Shown: one piece after another, positions 1 to 9,617 of the stretch
How positions within the stretch are numbered: the first letter of the stretch is position 1
Layout of the letters: the number at the start of each line of letters is the position of its first letter
NCBI GenBank assembly: GCA_964504275.1
Contig: CAZDDV010000003.1
Location: forward strand, 8,690-72,689
Reading direction: 5' to 3'
Length of the DNA stretch: 64,000 bases
Source of the DNA: an uncultured Candidatus Saccharibacteria bacterium
GTDB taxonomy: Bacteria > Patescibacteriota > Saccharimonadia > Saccharimonadales > JAGQNJ01
Position numbers and translations under genes: made by a program
Notes under the pieces: model-generated
Told to the model about the DNA's origin: nothing
Databases searched by the model: none
The model's input: only the letters and a program-made list of their open reading frames with translations

Positions 1-17
1 AAAGTTTTGTAGTACTC

Positions 18-899
18 ATGGTTAATTCGTGGGAGTTATTGTTCAAGGCAAAAGTATTGCACGACAGTCATTCAGGAATACGATCACTGTATATACCAGA
101 TCGAACGAGCACGCAAGATGGGAGACCTTTGAAACGATTTTATCCAAAGCTAAATCGAGCGGGTAACCCAAAAACGATTGGTATATTCAGTGCTATGAGG
201 CTATGCGCTGAGGATAAAAAACTGCATGAGAACATTGAGCTTCTAGTTGAAGTCCGTGATAATGCCATTCATTTTATGAACAGTCGCCAAGAATTTAACA
301 AGTTGGTTCTTGAACTAGGTACAGCCACACTTAAAAGCTACGTAACGTTATGCGGGGAATGGTTTAGCAAAAGTCTAGAGGACTTTAATTTTTATATTAT
401 GCCCATCAGTTTTTTTCATTCTTTCGAGATGGAGAGTTTTTCAATAAATAGCAAATCTAAACAACAGCAGAATTTTTTGAGTTATGTATCAAAGAAACTA
501 GCTGATAATCCTACAGACCTAAATAGTCCACATAATATAGTCCTCAGGCTTAGTACAAAATTCGATAGATCTAACTCCGAAGAAGCACTCAAGGTCAGAT
601 ACGACAAAAATTCCAAGATAACAGTAAAGCAAGAGATTGAGCACTATATTGAAAATGGCCTAAACAATGGCACCCTTTTCGAGTACCAAGATTTTGTATC
701 TAAGCTAAATAATCAAATCAAGGGCTTCAAGCAGAACCCAAAGTTCCATAAACTCAAGGAACAGATCCCAGTTGAGGATAAGTACATGGTCAAGAGATAC
801 CTTAATCCAGTTAAAAAATCTGGTGGATCAAAAACTTTCTATAGCCAGCAAGCCGTTGATAAGATGAAGGAATTGTACGGGAAGAAGGTGTCGGTATGA
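18..899 (+). CDS. Hypothetical protein, possibly DUF3644-like, immediately upstream of hsdS; may be 5-prime truncated by the window edge
   Basis: 293-aa ORF with a 4-nt ATGA overlap onto the hsdS start at 896. The frame has no stop between nt 3 and 18, so the start may lie upstream. The WELLFKA...RDNAIHF pattern is recalled from DUF3644-type proteins. The sequence does not look like an HsdM methyltransferase. Confidence 0.5.
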   Translation: MVNSWELLFKAKVLHDSHSGIRSLYIPDRTSTQDGRPLKRFYPKLNRAGNPKTIGIFSAMRLCAEDKKLHENIELLVEVRDNAIHFMNSRQEFNKLVLELGTATLKSYVTLCGEWFSKSLEDFNFYIMPISFFHSFEMESFSINSKSKQQQNFLSYVSKKLADNPTDLNSPHNIVLRLSTKFDRSNSEEALKVRYDKNSKITVKQEIEHYIENGLNNGTLFEYQDFVSKLNNQIKGFKQNPKFHKLKEQIPVEDKYMVKRYLNPVKKSGGSKTFYSQQAVDKMKELYGKKVSV

Positions 900-2104
900 G
901 TGACTGGAAAACTGTAACTATTGGTGACATCGCAAAGGTATATGACGGTACTCATCAGACGCCAAATTATGTCGAGGATGGCGTGCCCTTTTACAGCGTA
1001 GAACACGTTACTTCAAATAACTTTGCAGATACTAAGTTTGTCTCGCAAGAAGTTTATGAAGTAGAGAGTCGTCGCGTTTTTATCGAAAAAGGTGACATTC
1101 TTATGACTAGGATTGGCGATGTTGGTAAGGCAAAGTATATCGATTGGGACGCTGAGGCATCTTTTTATGTGAGTCTCGCACTTATCAAATGTAAGCCCAG
1201 CGTTGAACCCCGTTATTTGACACAACTAATAAACTCCTCGGAAGGTCAAAGGGAAATTTGGGGCAAGACACTACACGTCGCGTTTCCAAATAAGATAAAT
1301 CTAGGGGATATAAGTAAGTGCGTGATAGGAGTTCCGGACATTGATGAGCAAAAGCGTATCGTGGCGATTCTAGAGACATGGGATGAGTATCTTGAAAAAA
1401 TAAATAAAAAAATTGAGCGCAAGAAGCACGTTAAGAAAGGGTTGATGCAGCGCCTGCTGACTGCGGAAATGCGACTACCAGGATTTAGTGGTGCGTGGAC
1501 ACATTTACCAATAGGTACTATCGGCAAAGTAGTCACGGGCAATACCCCTCCAAAAGACAATTCTGACAACTATGTCGGTGATCATTACTGGGCTACGGCT
1601 GAAGATTTTAAAAGTAAATTCATACATACCACTAAAGTAACTCTTAGCCTAAAAGGATCAAGGCAATCTCGTATTGTACCAAAGGGTTCAATACTAGTAA
1701 CGTGCATAGCCTCTATCGGTAAGAATGCTATAGCTGGTACAGATCTTGCAATGAATCAACAAATAAACGCAGTAATAGTTGATGAAACATATGACAACGA
1801 ATTCTTTTATTATCAAATAGGCTTTTCCAAGAATGCTCTGTTGCGTATTGCGGGAGCGGGAGCGATGCCCATGCTAAATAAGCAAGATTTTTCAAAAATC
1901 AAAATGTTCGCCCCCAAAGATAAGGCTGAGCAAACTGCAATTGCCAATGTTTTATCTGTAGCAGACAAAGAGTTGGATGAATTGCTTAAGTTAAAAAGTA
2001 CATTAACAGACCAACGAAAATATCTAGTCAATAATTTAGTCTCTGGCAAGACGCGAACACCCCAGAACCTAGCATTAGCCGATAAGGAGACTCCCTATGC
2101 TTGA
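896..2104 (+). CDS. hsdS: Type I restriction-modification specificity subunit HsdS
   Basis: 402 aa with two target-recognition-domain halves. Each opens with a G(T/N)xxTP-type motif (DGTHQTPNY and TGNTPPKDN), and they are separated by conserved helical spacers. It overlaps the hsdR start by 8 nt. Confidence 0.9.
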   Translation: MSDWKTVTIGDIAKVYDGTHQTPNYVEDGVPFYSVEHVTSNNFADTKFVSQEVYEVESRRVFIEKGDILMTRIGDVGKAKYIDWDAEASFYVSLALIKCKPSVEPRYLTQLINSSEGQREIWGKTLHVAFPNKINLGDISKCVIGVPDIDEQKRIVAILETWDEYLEKINKKIERKKHVKKGLMQRLLTAEMRLPGFSGAWTHLPIGTIGKVVTGNTPPKDNSDNYVGDHYWATAEDFKSKFIHTTKVTLSLKGSRQSRIVPKGSILVTCIASIGKNAIAGTDLAMNQQINAVIVDETYDNEFFYYQIGFSKNALLRIAGAGAMPMLNKQDFSKIKMFAPKDKAEQTAIANVLSVADKELDELLKLKSTLTDQRKYLVNNLVSGKTRTPQNLALADKETPYA

Positions 2105-5100
2105 AAACGTAAACTTTGACGAAGCCCGTCAGTCACAACTTCCATTCGTGGAGATGCTAATAAATATGGGCTATACCTACCTACCTACAGCTGAATTGAT
2201 GCGTCAGCGTAGTAACGATACCTCGTACTTCCTGCTTAAAGAAACAACAGCAAATTCTTTAATGAGAATTAATGAGTATGAGCACAGTGGGCAAACATTT
2301 AAGTTTAGTGACAAGGATGTCACTGAGGCGATCGACGAGCTAGAAAACATTCAGTTCGAAGGTCTTATTGATACATCTAAGAATATCTATAACGCTATCA
2401 TGCCACTTAAGGGTGGCAAGACAATTCGCGTGCTTCAAAACGGCAAGTACGAATCTAAGAGTTTTCGTTTTATCGACTTCGAGCACCCCGAAAATAATCT
2501 ATTCCATGTTGCGGTAGAAGTTGAAATTAGTGCCAAGAGCGGCACCCGCCGACCTGATATTGTCTGCTACGTGAACGGCATTCCTTTTGTCGTTATTGAA
2601 AATAAGAAGTCTAGTGTTGACGTTTCTGATGCGATTAACCAAATGGTGCGCAACCAAGGCCCCGATTATAGCCCACGGTTCTTTATTTACCCGCAGTTAC
2701 TCATCGCTTCTAACGGCAAGGATGTGCGCTACGGTACTACCGGAACTCCCGCAGAGTTTTATGTTAACTGGCGCGAAAAAGCGTTCAGTAAAGAGGAGAT
2801 TGATTCGAAGATTCATGGTCTAATATCGACCAAAATTGAAGATGATACCTATTCGCAGCTTTTGCTCGATCTAAATGGTGCAACCAACGGTCACCAACAG
2901 CGCCTGGATAGACGACCAACGGAACAAGACAGATCCGTTCTTGCCCTAATGAGCAAAGATCGTTTGCTTGATTTTACTAAGAACTACATCTTGTACGATG
3001 GTGCGCAGAAGAAAGTTATGCGCTACCAGCAATACTTTGCGATTAATAATGCACTGAAGCGCATTGAGGAAAAAGAGTCAACACCCCACGGAGAACGCCG
3101 CAAGGGTGGCATAATCTGGCACACACAGGGCTCTGGTAAGTCGCTAACCATGGTGATGTTTGTACGAGCTTTGATTGAAGACCCCAGAATCGTTAATCCT
3201 CGCATTTTGATTGTTACTGATCGAAAGGACTTGGATAGGCAGATTCTTGGTACGTTTAAGAATGCAGGACTTAAGAAAAAAGTTAAGCAAGCTAGTAGTG
3301 GCGAAAATCTGCTAGAACTTATCAAGTCTAAGGATACGAGCGTGGTTACAACTCTGATTCACAAGTTTCAGTCGGCTTCGCGTCGCCGTGCTGACTTTGT
3401 TGACGATGACCAAAACATATTTGTTCTTATCGACGAGGCGCATCGCTCTCAACACGGTGAAGCCAGCATTGAAATGAACCGTACCATCCCGAATGCTTGC
3501 TACATAGCCTTTACCGGTACCCCACTGCTAAAACATGAGCAGTCCCAAAATAAGTTTGGAAGCTTCATAGACAAATATACAATCGATGATGCGCTTGCAG
3601 ACAAGATTGTTTTACCGCTTATTTATGAAGGTCGTTACGTTGATTTGCACCAAGATAAACAAGAAATCGACCGTTTAGTCGATCGCCTAACCGCAGATCT
3701 TAGTGATGAACAGAAGAAACAGCTCCAGAATAACATAGAAAAAAAGACCATCAAGGATATCCCAAAACGCATTGTCGAAATAGCCTATGACATTGAACGC
3801 CATTATGAAAAACGCTTCCAAGGTTACGGACTAAAAGCGCAGATTGTTGCACCGTCCAAGTTCTCTGCTATGCTTTTCCAGAAGTACTTCAAAGACAGTG
3901 GCAAGCTCAACACCGCATTGGTTATATCTGATGAGAACGGCATCATCGATGACAAGGACGAGCATAAAAAAGAAGTCGAAGCCTACCTTAAGGAAATTAA
4001 GGACAAGTACCAGAGTCTTTTGAGCTATGAGAAAGAAGTTATTGATAGCTTCAAGTACAACGATGAGGGTGTAGAAATCCTTATTGTTGTCGACAAGTTG
4101 CTTACTGGTTTTGATGCTCCACGTAATACTGTTCTGTACTTGGCTAAGGAATTAAAAGACCACAACCTTTTGCAAGCCATTGCCCGCGTTAACCGTTTGT
4201 ATGACAACCCTGTATTGCCGAAAACTGCGGGCTTCATCATCGACTACTCGGAAAACGCTCAAAACATCCACACTGCAATGCAACTATTCGGCAACTACGA
4301 CGAAAACGACGTCAAAGGCGCATTGATCGATGTTAATGAGAAAATTCAGGACTTAGAGGCAAGCTATGGTGCGTTACACGACATATTTAACGGCATCAAA
4401 AGCGATGATGAAGCATATTTGCAACATCTTGACGACGATCCAACGCGCAAGGAATTCTATGCCGCACTGAACAAGTTTATGCAGGAATTCAGCGAGTGTA
4501 TGGTGCTCCAAGACTTTGCACATGAGTTTGATGATCTCGATGTTTATCGTCGTGAGCTAAAAAAGTTCATGGAACTCCGCAAGACAGCAACCTTGATGCA
4601 CGAAGAACGCGTTGATTTTTCTAAGTACAAGAACGCCCTCATAAAGATAATGGACGATAATATCAAGGCCGAGGAAGCTGAGCTATTAACCGAAGAAATT
4701 GATATTACGAATAAGGATCTTTTCGACAAAGCGATTGAAGATATTGGCTCAGAAAAGTCCAAAGCAGAAGCTATTGCTGCCCAAACTAAACGGACAATTA
4801 CCGAGAAGTTCGATACCGACCCAGAGTTCTACGGCAAGTTCTCTAAGAAGATCAGTGAAATTCTTGAAGCAATGCGAGCTAAGAAGCTTACTGATATTGA
4901 GGCTCTGAAGCAACTGAAGCTTATTACTGACGAAGTATTGCACAAGAAGGATGATAGTCTCCCCGAAATAGTCGCCAATACGCCCGGTGTTGACATATTG
5001 TATCGTAACTTACGTAAAGACATTAATTTAGAAGAAGTTACTTATATCAAAACTGTACTTGATATATACCAAGTACTAAGCAAAAATGCTCGAGTAGATT

Positions 5101-5270
5101 GGTGGAAGAATCACGAAATGAAGCGAGTTATGCGAAACAATGTAGACGATTATCTTTACGATGAAGTGAAAGTCAAGCTTGGCGTTGATCTAACGGTTGA
5201 TCAAATCGACTCAATTGTGGATGACGTCATGAAGCTGGCAGAAAATAACTACGAGATATTTGTTAAATGA
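2097..5270 (+). CDS. hsdR: Type I restriction enzyme R subunit HsdR (helicase-nuclease)
   Basis: 1057 aa. The N-terminal PD-(D/E)xK region is RPDIVCYVNGIPFVVIENKK. Helicase motif I is HTQGSGKSLTM and motif II is DEAHRSQ. Confidence 0.95.
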   Translation: MLENVNFDEARQSQLPFVEMLINMGYTYLPTAELMRQRSNDTSYFLLKETTANSLMRINEYEHSGQTFKFSDKDVTEAIDELENIQFEGLIDTSKNIYNAIMPLKGGKTIRVLQNGKYESKSFRFIDFEHPENNLFHVAVEVEISAKSGTRRPDIVCYVNGIPFVVIENKKSSVDVSDAINQMVRNQGPDYSPRFFIYPQLLIASNGKDVRYGTTGTPAEFYVNWREKAFSKEEIDSKIHGLISTKIEDDTYSQLLLDLNGATNGHQQRLDRRPTEQDRSVLALMSKDRLLDFTKNYILYDGAQKKVMRYQQYFAINNALKRIEEKESTPHGERRKGGIIWHTQGSGKSLTMVMFVRALIEDPRIVNPRILIVTDRKDLDRQILGTFKNAGLKKKVKQASSGENLLELIKSKDTSVVTTLIHKFQSASRRRADFVDDDQNIFVLIDEAHRSQHGEASIEMNRTIPNACYIAFTGTPLLKHEQSQNKFGSFIDKYTIDDALADKIVLPLIYEGRYVDLHQDKQEIDRLVDRLTADLSDEQKKQLQNNIEKKTIKDIPKRIVEIAYDIERHYEKRFQGYGLKAQIVAPSKFSAMLFQKYFKDSGKLNTALVISDENGIIDDKDEHKKEVEAYLKEIKDKYQSLLSYEKEVIDSFKYNDEGVEILIVVDKLLTGFDAPRNTVLYLAKELKDHNLLQAIARVNRLYDNPVLPKTAGFIIDYSENAQNIHTAMQLFGNYDENDVKGALIDVNEKIQDLEASYGALHDIFNGIKSDDEAYLQHLDDDPTRKEFYAALNKFMQEFSECMVLQDFAHEFDDLDVYRRELKKFMELRKTATLMHEERVDFSKYKNALIKIMDDNIKAEEAELLTEEIDITNKDLFDKAIEDIGSEKSKAEAIAAQTKRTITEKFDTDPEFYGKFSKKISEILEAMRAKKLTDIEALKQLKLITDEVLHKKDDSLPEIVANTPGVDILYRNLRKDINLEEVTYIKTVLDIYQVLSKNARVDWWKNHEMKRVMRNNVDDYLYDEVKVKLGVDLTVDQIDSIVDDVMKLAENNYEIFVK

Positions 5271-5968
5271 CCACCCGAACCTTTGAATATGGCACACATC
5301 GCTACATTTACGGGTTAATACGCCAGGAAAGAAAGACGCTAAGCCTAACAGTTGAACCTTGTCTGGATATCATTCTCAAGGTTCCGGAAGATGCCGACGA
5401 CGAGCGAATCGAGAAGTTCCTTCGTAAGAAGTGGATGTGGCTCAACAGGCAGTTAACGTTTTTCGAAAAATACCGCAGTAAGTATTACCAAAAAGAGTAC
5501 ATATCCGGCGAGAGTTTTTATTATCTAGGACGTCAATACAAGCTAATTGTAGTTAACGGTGACAAAAACTCAGTTGCACTGAGCAAGGGTAAACTTACGA
5601 TTACGACCAGCAAAGATACTACAGACGGCAAATATAACCGAACTCTGCTGGAGCGATGGTACAAGCAACGTAGACACATCATATTCGCAGAACGTTACGC
5701 GGAGGTGCTGGATCATTTTGATTACAAGTTTATGCCCGAGCTGACAGTACGAGTAATGGCCCGACGCTGGGGCAGCTATATCAAGGGCGAACGCATCATT
5801 TTGAATCCTCTGCTAATTCAGGCTCCCAAAGAAGCCATCGATTACGTGATTACCCATGAACTTTGCCATATGAAGTACAAAAATCACGATGCAAAATTTT
5901 ATCTACTACTCGACACTAAGTTTCCCGGCTGGCGCAAAACTAAAGAGAAACTGGAGCTACTAATATGA
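5267..5968 (+). CDS. YgjP-like (DUF45/M48-type) zinc metallopeptidase
   Basis: 233 aa with an HExxH motif in ITHELCHMKY and a WGSY motif upstream. ATGA overlap with the hsdR stop. This family is commonly linked to type I R-M loci. Confidence 0.8.
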   Translation: MTTRTFEYGTHRYIYGLIRQERKTLSLTVEPCLDIILKVPEDADDERIEKFLRKKWMWLNRQLTFFEKYRSKYYQKEYISGESFYYLGRQYKLIVVNGDKNSVALSKGKLTITTSKDTTDGKYNRTLLERWYKQRRHIIFAERYAEVLDHFDYKFMPELTVRVMARRWGSYIKGERIILNPLLIQAPKEAIDYVITHELCHMKYKNHDAKFYLLLDTKFPGWRKTKEKLELLI

Positions 5969-6678
5969 CGTCGAGTGACTGGATAAATATCAGTATAGGT
6001 TTCGTTAGTGTAGTCACTGCAGTCATAGCAGCAACTTGGTTTGCTGGTCGGCAGAATAAGAATATACTCAAACAAAATCTTGAGATAGAGACATACAAAG
6101 AGTTTTGGCACGCTATCACTAATCTGAATAACGCTTTAGTAAACCTCCCTGTTTATGCAAATATGGACTTAAATTATACGAAGATTGTTGTTGAAGGCCC
6201 ACAGAATATTAATGAGCAGGCTCATGAAGAATCCTTTCGTAAGAGACAGAAAATCAATGAATACAACAAAGGGTATGATGAAAGATCTCAAGAAGTTATG
6301 GGTGCTTGGGGCGCCTTACATCAACTATGGGAACAGAAAGAGCCGATATTGTCAGAGCTTAGCATAGCTTTTAAGGCGTATTTAGATGAATATTCTAAAC
6401 TTCAAGAAAAACTGATATTACCGACACAAAACCGCACTAGCCTTGAGCTAGATAACTTTAGCGGAGTAAAAAAGAAGTTAGACGCAGAAAACGATAGACT
6501 AGAGCAAGAATGCATGGATATGCTTGTGTACGGAATCGACATGTCGCGTATGATTCAGAAGCGTCTACTCTCAAAGTATTACAATCATCAACCTGTTATT
6601 CGAGGTGAAGGTGCACAAAGCGGATTCCAACTCACCGAAAAAGGTCTTGTTTCTGTCAAAGAATTATCGAAAAAATAA
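5965..6678 (+). CDS. Hypothetical N-terminally membrane-anchored protein
   Basis: 237 aa. ATGA overlap with the upstream gene. One N-terminal hydrophobic helix (INISIGFVSVVTAVIAATWFA) followed by a helical charged region. No recognisable family. Confidence 0.6.
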   Translation: MTSSDWINISIGFVSVVTAVIAATWFAGRQNKNILKQNLEIETYKEFWHAITNLNNALVNLPVYANMDLNYTKIVVEGPQNINEQAHEESFRKRQKINEYNKGYDERSQEVMGAWGALHQLWEQKEPILSELSIAFKAYLDEYSKLQEKLILPTQNRTSLELDNFSGVKKKLDAENDRLEQECMDMLVYGIDMSRMIQKRLLSKYYNHQPVIRGEGAQSGFQLTEKGLVSVKELSKK

Positions 6679-6691
6679 AGTACGTAGTTAG

Positions 6692-7243
6692 TTACTTTAT
6701 TTTCGCTTCTAGAATATCCTGTTCGGATTTCAACACATCTAGGATATTTGGATTATCTTTACGCAATACCATATAAGGGCCATGTGGTATTTCTCTAGCT
6801 TTAATTTTGCCTTGCCGTATTAATTTGCGGATCGTTTGAACGTGTAGTTTCGATTTATACGACAGATCGGAGTCCGTAATACACTTCTCATGCTTCCAGT
6901 CACCGCAAAGTGATCCAGGAATCTTCTTTTTATTGACAGCATCCTGGCAATTCATACACTTAAAACCCCATTTGTCGTACCAACCGTCACCTTCATAAAC
7001 GCCTCTGCCGCAAAGAGAACAATTGCGGCCGTTACCCTCAAGTGTAAAGCCCTTTGGCTCTTTCTCAAGTCGGTGCTTTCGTTGACGCTCCTCCATATCT
7101 ATTTCCACCAAGGTACCCACGAAACCGACTAGATTCTGGGCAGCTGACTTGTATTCAGCTTCGGTTTCGTACTTAATGCCTTCTTTTTCGCAAAGCTCCT
7201 TGAACTCCTTCAAAGATTTGTCCGATATGTCATGATAGTGCAT
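6692..7243 (-). CDS. Cys-rich zinc-ribbon plus C-terminal HTH (excisionase/MerR-like) protein
   Basis: The ORF track begins at 7309, but an AAGGAG Shine-Dalgarno sits 7 nt before the internal ATG at 7243 (MHYHDISDK). Contains CSLCG...CMNCQ cysteine pairs and TIRKLIRQGKIKAREIP, which resembles an HTH. Confidence 0.6.
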   Translation of the reverse strand: MHYHDISDKSLKEFKELCEKEGIKYETEAEYKSAAQNLVGFVGTLVEIDMEERQRKHRLEKEPKGFTLEGNGRNCSLCGRGVYEGDGWYDKWGFKCMNCQDAVNKKKIPGSLCGDWKHEKCITDSDLSYKSKLHVQTIRKLIRQGKIKAREIPHGPYMVLRKDNPNILDVLKSEQDILEAKIK

Positions 7244-7379
7244 CTTTTCGCTCCTTTTGCTTCTTCTCCTGATAGATATCGTATATGAGTTCGGCGAGCG
7301 CCTTAGCATCCCGCTTAATCAATTCTTCTCGTGTTGGTTCTTGCAGTTTTTGTTTGGTTTTCTTAGGCTTGTATGCCAT
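7230..7379 (-). CDS. Small basic protein (49 aa), not in the ORF track
   Basis: AGGAGG lies 5 nt before the ATG at 7379. Translation is MAYKPKKTKQKLQEPTREELIKRDAKALAELIYDIYQEKKQKERKDALS. Its stop overlaps the start of the downstream 6692-7243 gene (ATGCACTATCATGA). Confidence 0.5.
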   Translation of the reverse strand: MAYKPKKTKQKLQEPTREELIKRDAKALAELIYDIYQEKKQKERKDALS

Positions 7380-7495
7380 ATAATACCTCCTTTATCCAGC
7401 AAAAAATGGAACACTTCTGAATATAGCGGTTTTGTGTCCCATTTGTCTCACTTTTTGTCCCATTACCCCTGTAAAGCGTTATCTAGACCCATACG

Positions 7496-7547
7496 CTCAG
7501 CCAACATAAAGAGTCCTTCGAAAGATGGACTTTTTATGTTGGCTCAG
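7496..7547. other. Long near-perfect hairpin (about 17-19 bp stem, 10-nt loop)
   Basis: CTCAGCCAACATAAAGAGTCC - TTCGAAAGAT - GGACTTTTTATGTTGGCTCAG, located in the intergenic region between divergent genes. Confidence 0.6.
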
Positions 7548-7745
7548 TGTAGTTGATTTGAGAACCGTCCGGCGAAACCGAGGTTCGGTCCGCAAAACCA
7601 CGCGCAGAAGTTTACTTCGAGCATGGTGGCAGTCGTGCGATTATCCTGCCGCCCCAGCCATTAAATAGTACGACTACTCCGCAATCAAAAGATAAAACCC
7701 CAGATGGGTGTGATGTAATTTTATAACAAGCTATAATTACTACTA

Positions 7746-8444
7746 ATGATTGATGTTAGTTTTGATATTCAAAAAGAAGCAAACTATCGTGATTCTGACA
7801 GGTATAGTCCTACGCTTCAGAAATATCACCGTATTTTGTGGAGTAGGCCACTGCCTAGTGGGCAGCCTTTTACTCTAGAGAAAATCAGCAACAACCGTCT
7901 ATATCACAATTCAAGCCTGGGTGAGTTCTATTTATCAAGCGATAGGGCAATCACAAGTTTTTGGAAGCGCAAAAGTTTTGAGCATATTACTTCAAATTTT
8001 ACACTTGATGATCTTAAAGAATACGATAGACTTCTCGATACTATAGGGGGCATCGTTATTTGGCCGAGCAATAGAGTTGGAGCACGTCAAACTATAAATG
8101 GTGCCCGTGGATTCAATCGTATGATCAGTGATCGGCTAGATCTAACGATTGAATGCATACGACTTTTCTACGACGGCGAGCAAAGTCCGCTATTTGAAAC
8201 TTTCAAGCTTTATGAGGATTTCTTCAATTTGTTTGAAAATTTTGAAGGGTTTATTACATTTTTCCTACTTCAAGACGCAGTAACGAGCGATTTCTCTAAA
8301 GTAAAAATTGCCAACCCCTTTGATAATTTCAAAACATCACCAGTGCCTAGAAATACTGAAGAGTTTCAACGATATAAAGATAAAACCACTGAATTTGTGA
8401 ATCTCAGGAACAAACGAATAGAAGATTACGTAAAGACCCTGTAG
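7746..8444 (+). CDS. Hypothetical protein
   Basis: 232-aa ORF. TATAAT at 7732-7737 lies 8 nt before the ATG, which looks leaderless. No family confidently recognised. Confidence 0.55.
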   Translation: MIDVSFDIQKEANYRDSDRYSPTLQKYHRILWSRPLPSGQPFTLEKISNNRLYHNSSLGEFYLSSDRAITSFWKRKSFEHITSNFTLDDLKEYDRLLDTIGGIVIWPSNRVGARQTINGARGFNRMISDRLDLTIECIRLFYDGEQSPLFETFKLYEDFFNLFENFEGFITFFLLQDAVTSDFSKVKIANPFDNFKTSPVPRNTEEFQRYKDKTTEFVNLRNKRIEDYVKTL

Positions 8445-8573
8445 TGCCCCATTTTAATCCTGGCACAACGGTCTTGACCACTATGCTCAGCCGAGCAGAA
8501 TACACATGGCTTTTGTCGGGCCTTTTTATATTACTTGAGTATGATATCTGGTGGCACGGAGCCAGAACAACGG

Positions 8574-9389
8574 TTACTTCTTGAGAACGCGTACAATTGC
8601 TTGATTCTGATCGGTTTGCCCTATGTATGTTACGGTAGCCACCTTAGAATCATGAACGACAGTATTAGGGATAACCTCTCCATTAGAAATCGTAGTTTTA
8701 AGTGCATCTGGAGCACGATCCGGGCGAGCTATCAAGTGCATGCCTTTTTTTTGACCATCGCGGACTTGTAACGTATTTGTCGCCAAGCGTTGGTTTACTT
8801 TATAGCAACTAAATAGTAAATTATGGCCGTCTATGGTAATCGTAGTGGTGTAGGCGAGATTATCAGGAAAATTTCCTTCTGCTGAGTGCTCGGTATAATT
8901 TCCTTTTTTGCACTCAATATCATGTGAGGCCTGGATATCGTCCTCCCAACTAATATAAGCGTTTTGGCCAATCTTGAGCACCTTGGGCTCACCACGAGGT
9001 GCATCAAATCCTGAAAGTTTATAGTCACCAGAGGCGGGATTATCGAGTACTTCGGCATCTTCCAGAAGTCCTAACTCAAACATCTCTGGCAGACTAAAAT
9101 CATCTGAACCCTTATCATTCGTATAGCCCATTAGAGAGCTTGGATCGTCCGTAGCAAAAACTTCGCAGGCCTCTTCGACAAGTCCTAGTGGTTCAGGACA
9201 GACTGCGATGTTGGCATGAAGCAAGCCAGCTGAGTGCCCCAACTCATGCATAATGATTTGCCCTAAGTTCCCGCCGATGCCACGAAGAGAAAGTATAGGA
9301 CCGAGGCCTTCGGCTGCGTATCCACCCATTGATCGGTCGTCACAACCATACAGCTTGACTGTGATGATATTGAGCGCGCCTTGCTCCAA
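8574..9389 (-). CDS. HExxH zinc metalloprotease-like protein with an uncertain start
   Basis: Contains IIMHELGHSAGLLH. The only canonical start is a TTG at 9389 with no Shine-Dalgarno. The frame stays open for about 65 further codons upstream (to about 9581) without ATG, GTG or TTG. Confidence 0.55.
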   Translation of the reverse strand: MEQGALNIITVKLYGCDDRSMGGYAAEGLGPILSLRGIGGNLGQIIMHELGHSAGLLHANIAVCPEPLGLVEEACEVFATDDPSSLMGYTNDKGSDDFSLPEMFELGLLEDAEVLDNPASGDYKLSGFDAPRGEPKVLKIGQNAYISWEDDIQASHDIECKKGNYTEHSAEGNFPDNLAYTTTITIDGHNLLFSCYKVNQRLATNTLQVRDGQKKGMHLIARPDRAPDALKTTISNGEVIPNTVVHDSKVATVTYIGQTDQNQAIVRVLKK

Positions 9390-9617
9390 GAAGTCATTCG
9401 CGTGTTTTTCTAATTGCTTCGAACAAAGACTATCTTTGTTGCTAATACAACCATTCGCAGTAGTGAGTACCGGCGTTTGCGTTACATGTAGCTCACCAGG
9501 GATAAACCGGCCATGCGAGGCTTTTTGTATGGTATCGAGAGTGTTGAAAGATGAAGTTTTTAATTGGCCAGGAACAAGAGTCTATTTTGAGAAGTGTTGC
9601 TGTCGCGTTGCTATCCG

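Noticed and set aside
7560-7680. GC-rich patch considered as tmRNA, SRP RNA, RNase P or a tRNA. A minus-strand CTGCCACCA end and smpB being present in the window prompted the idea.
   Set aside because: No T-loop (TTCRANY), no G-U acceptor pair context, no SRP GGAA/AGCA helix-8 motifs and no tag reading frame could be found by eye. It is kept only as a low-interest structured region.
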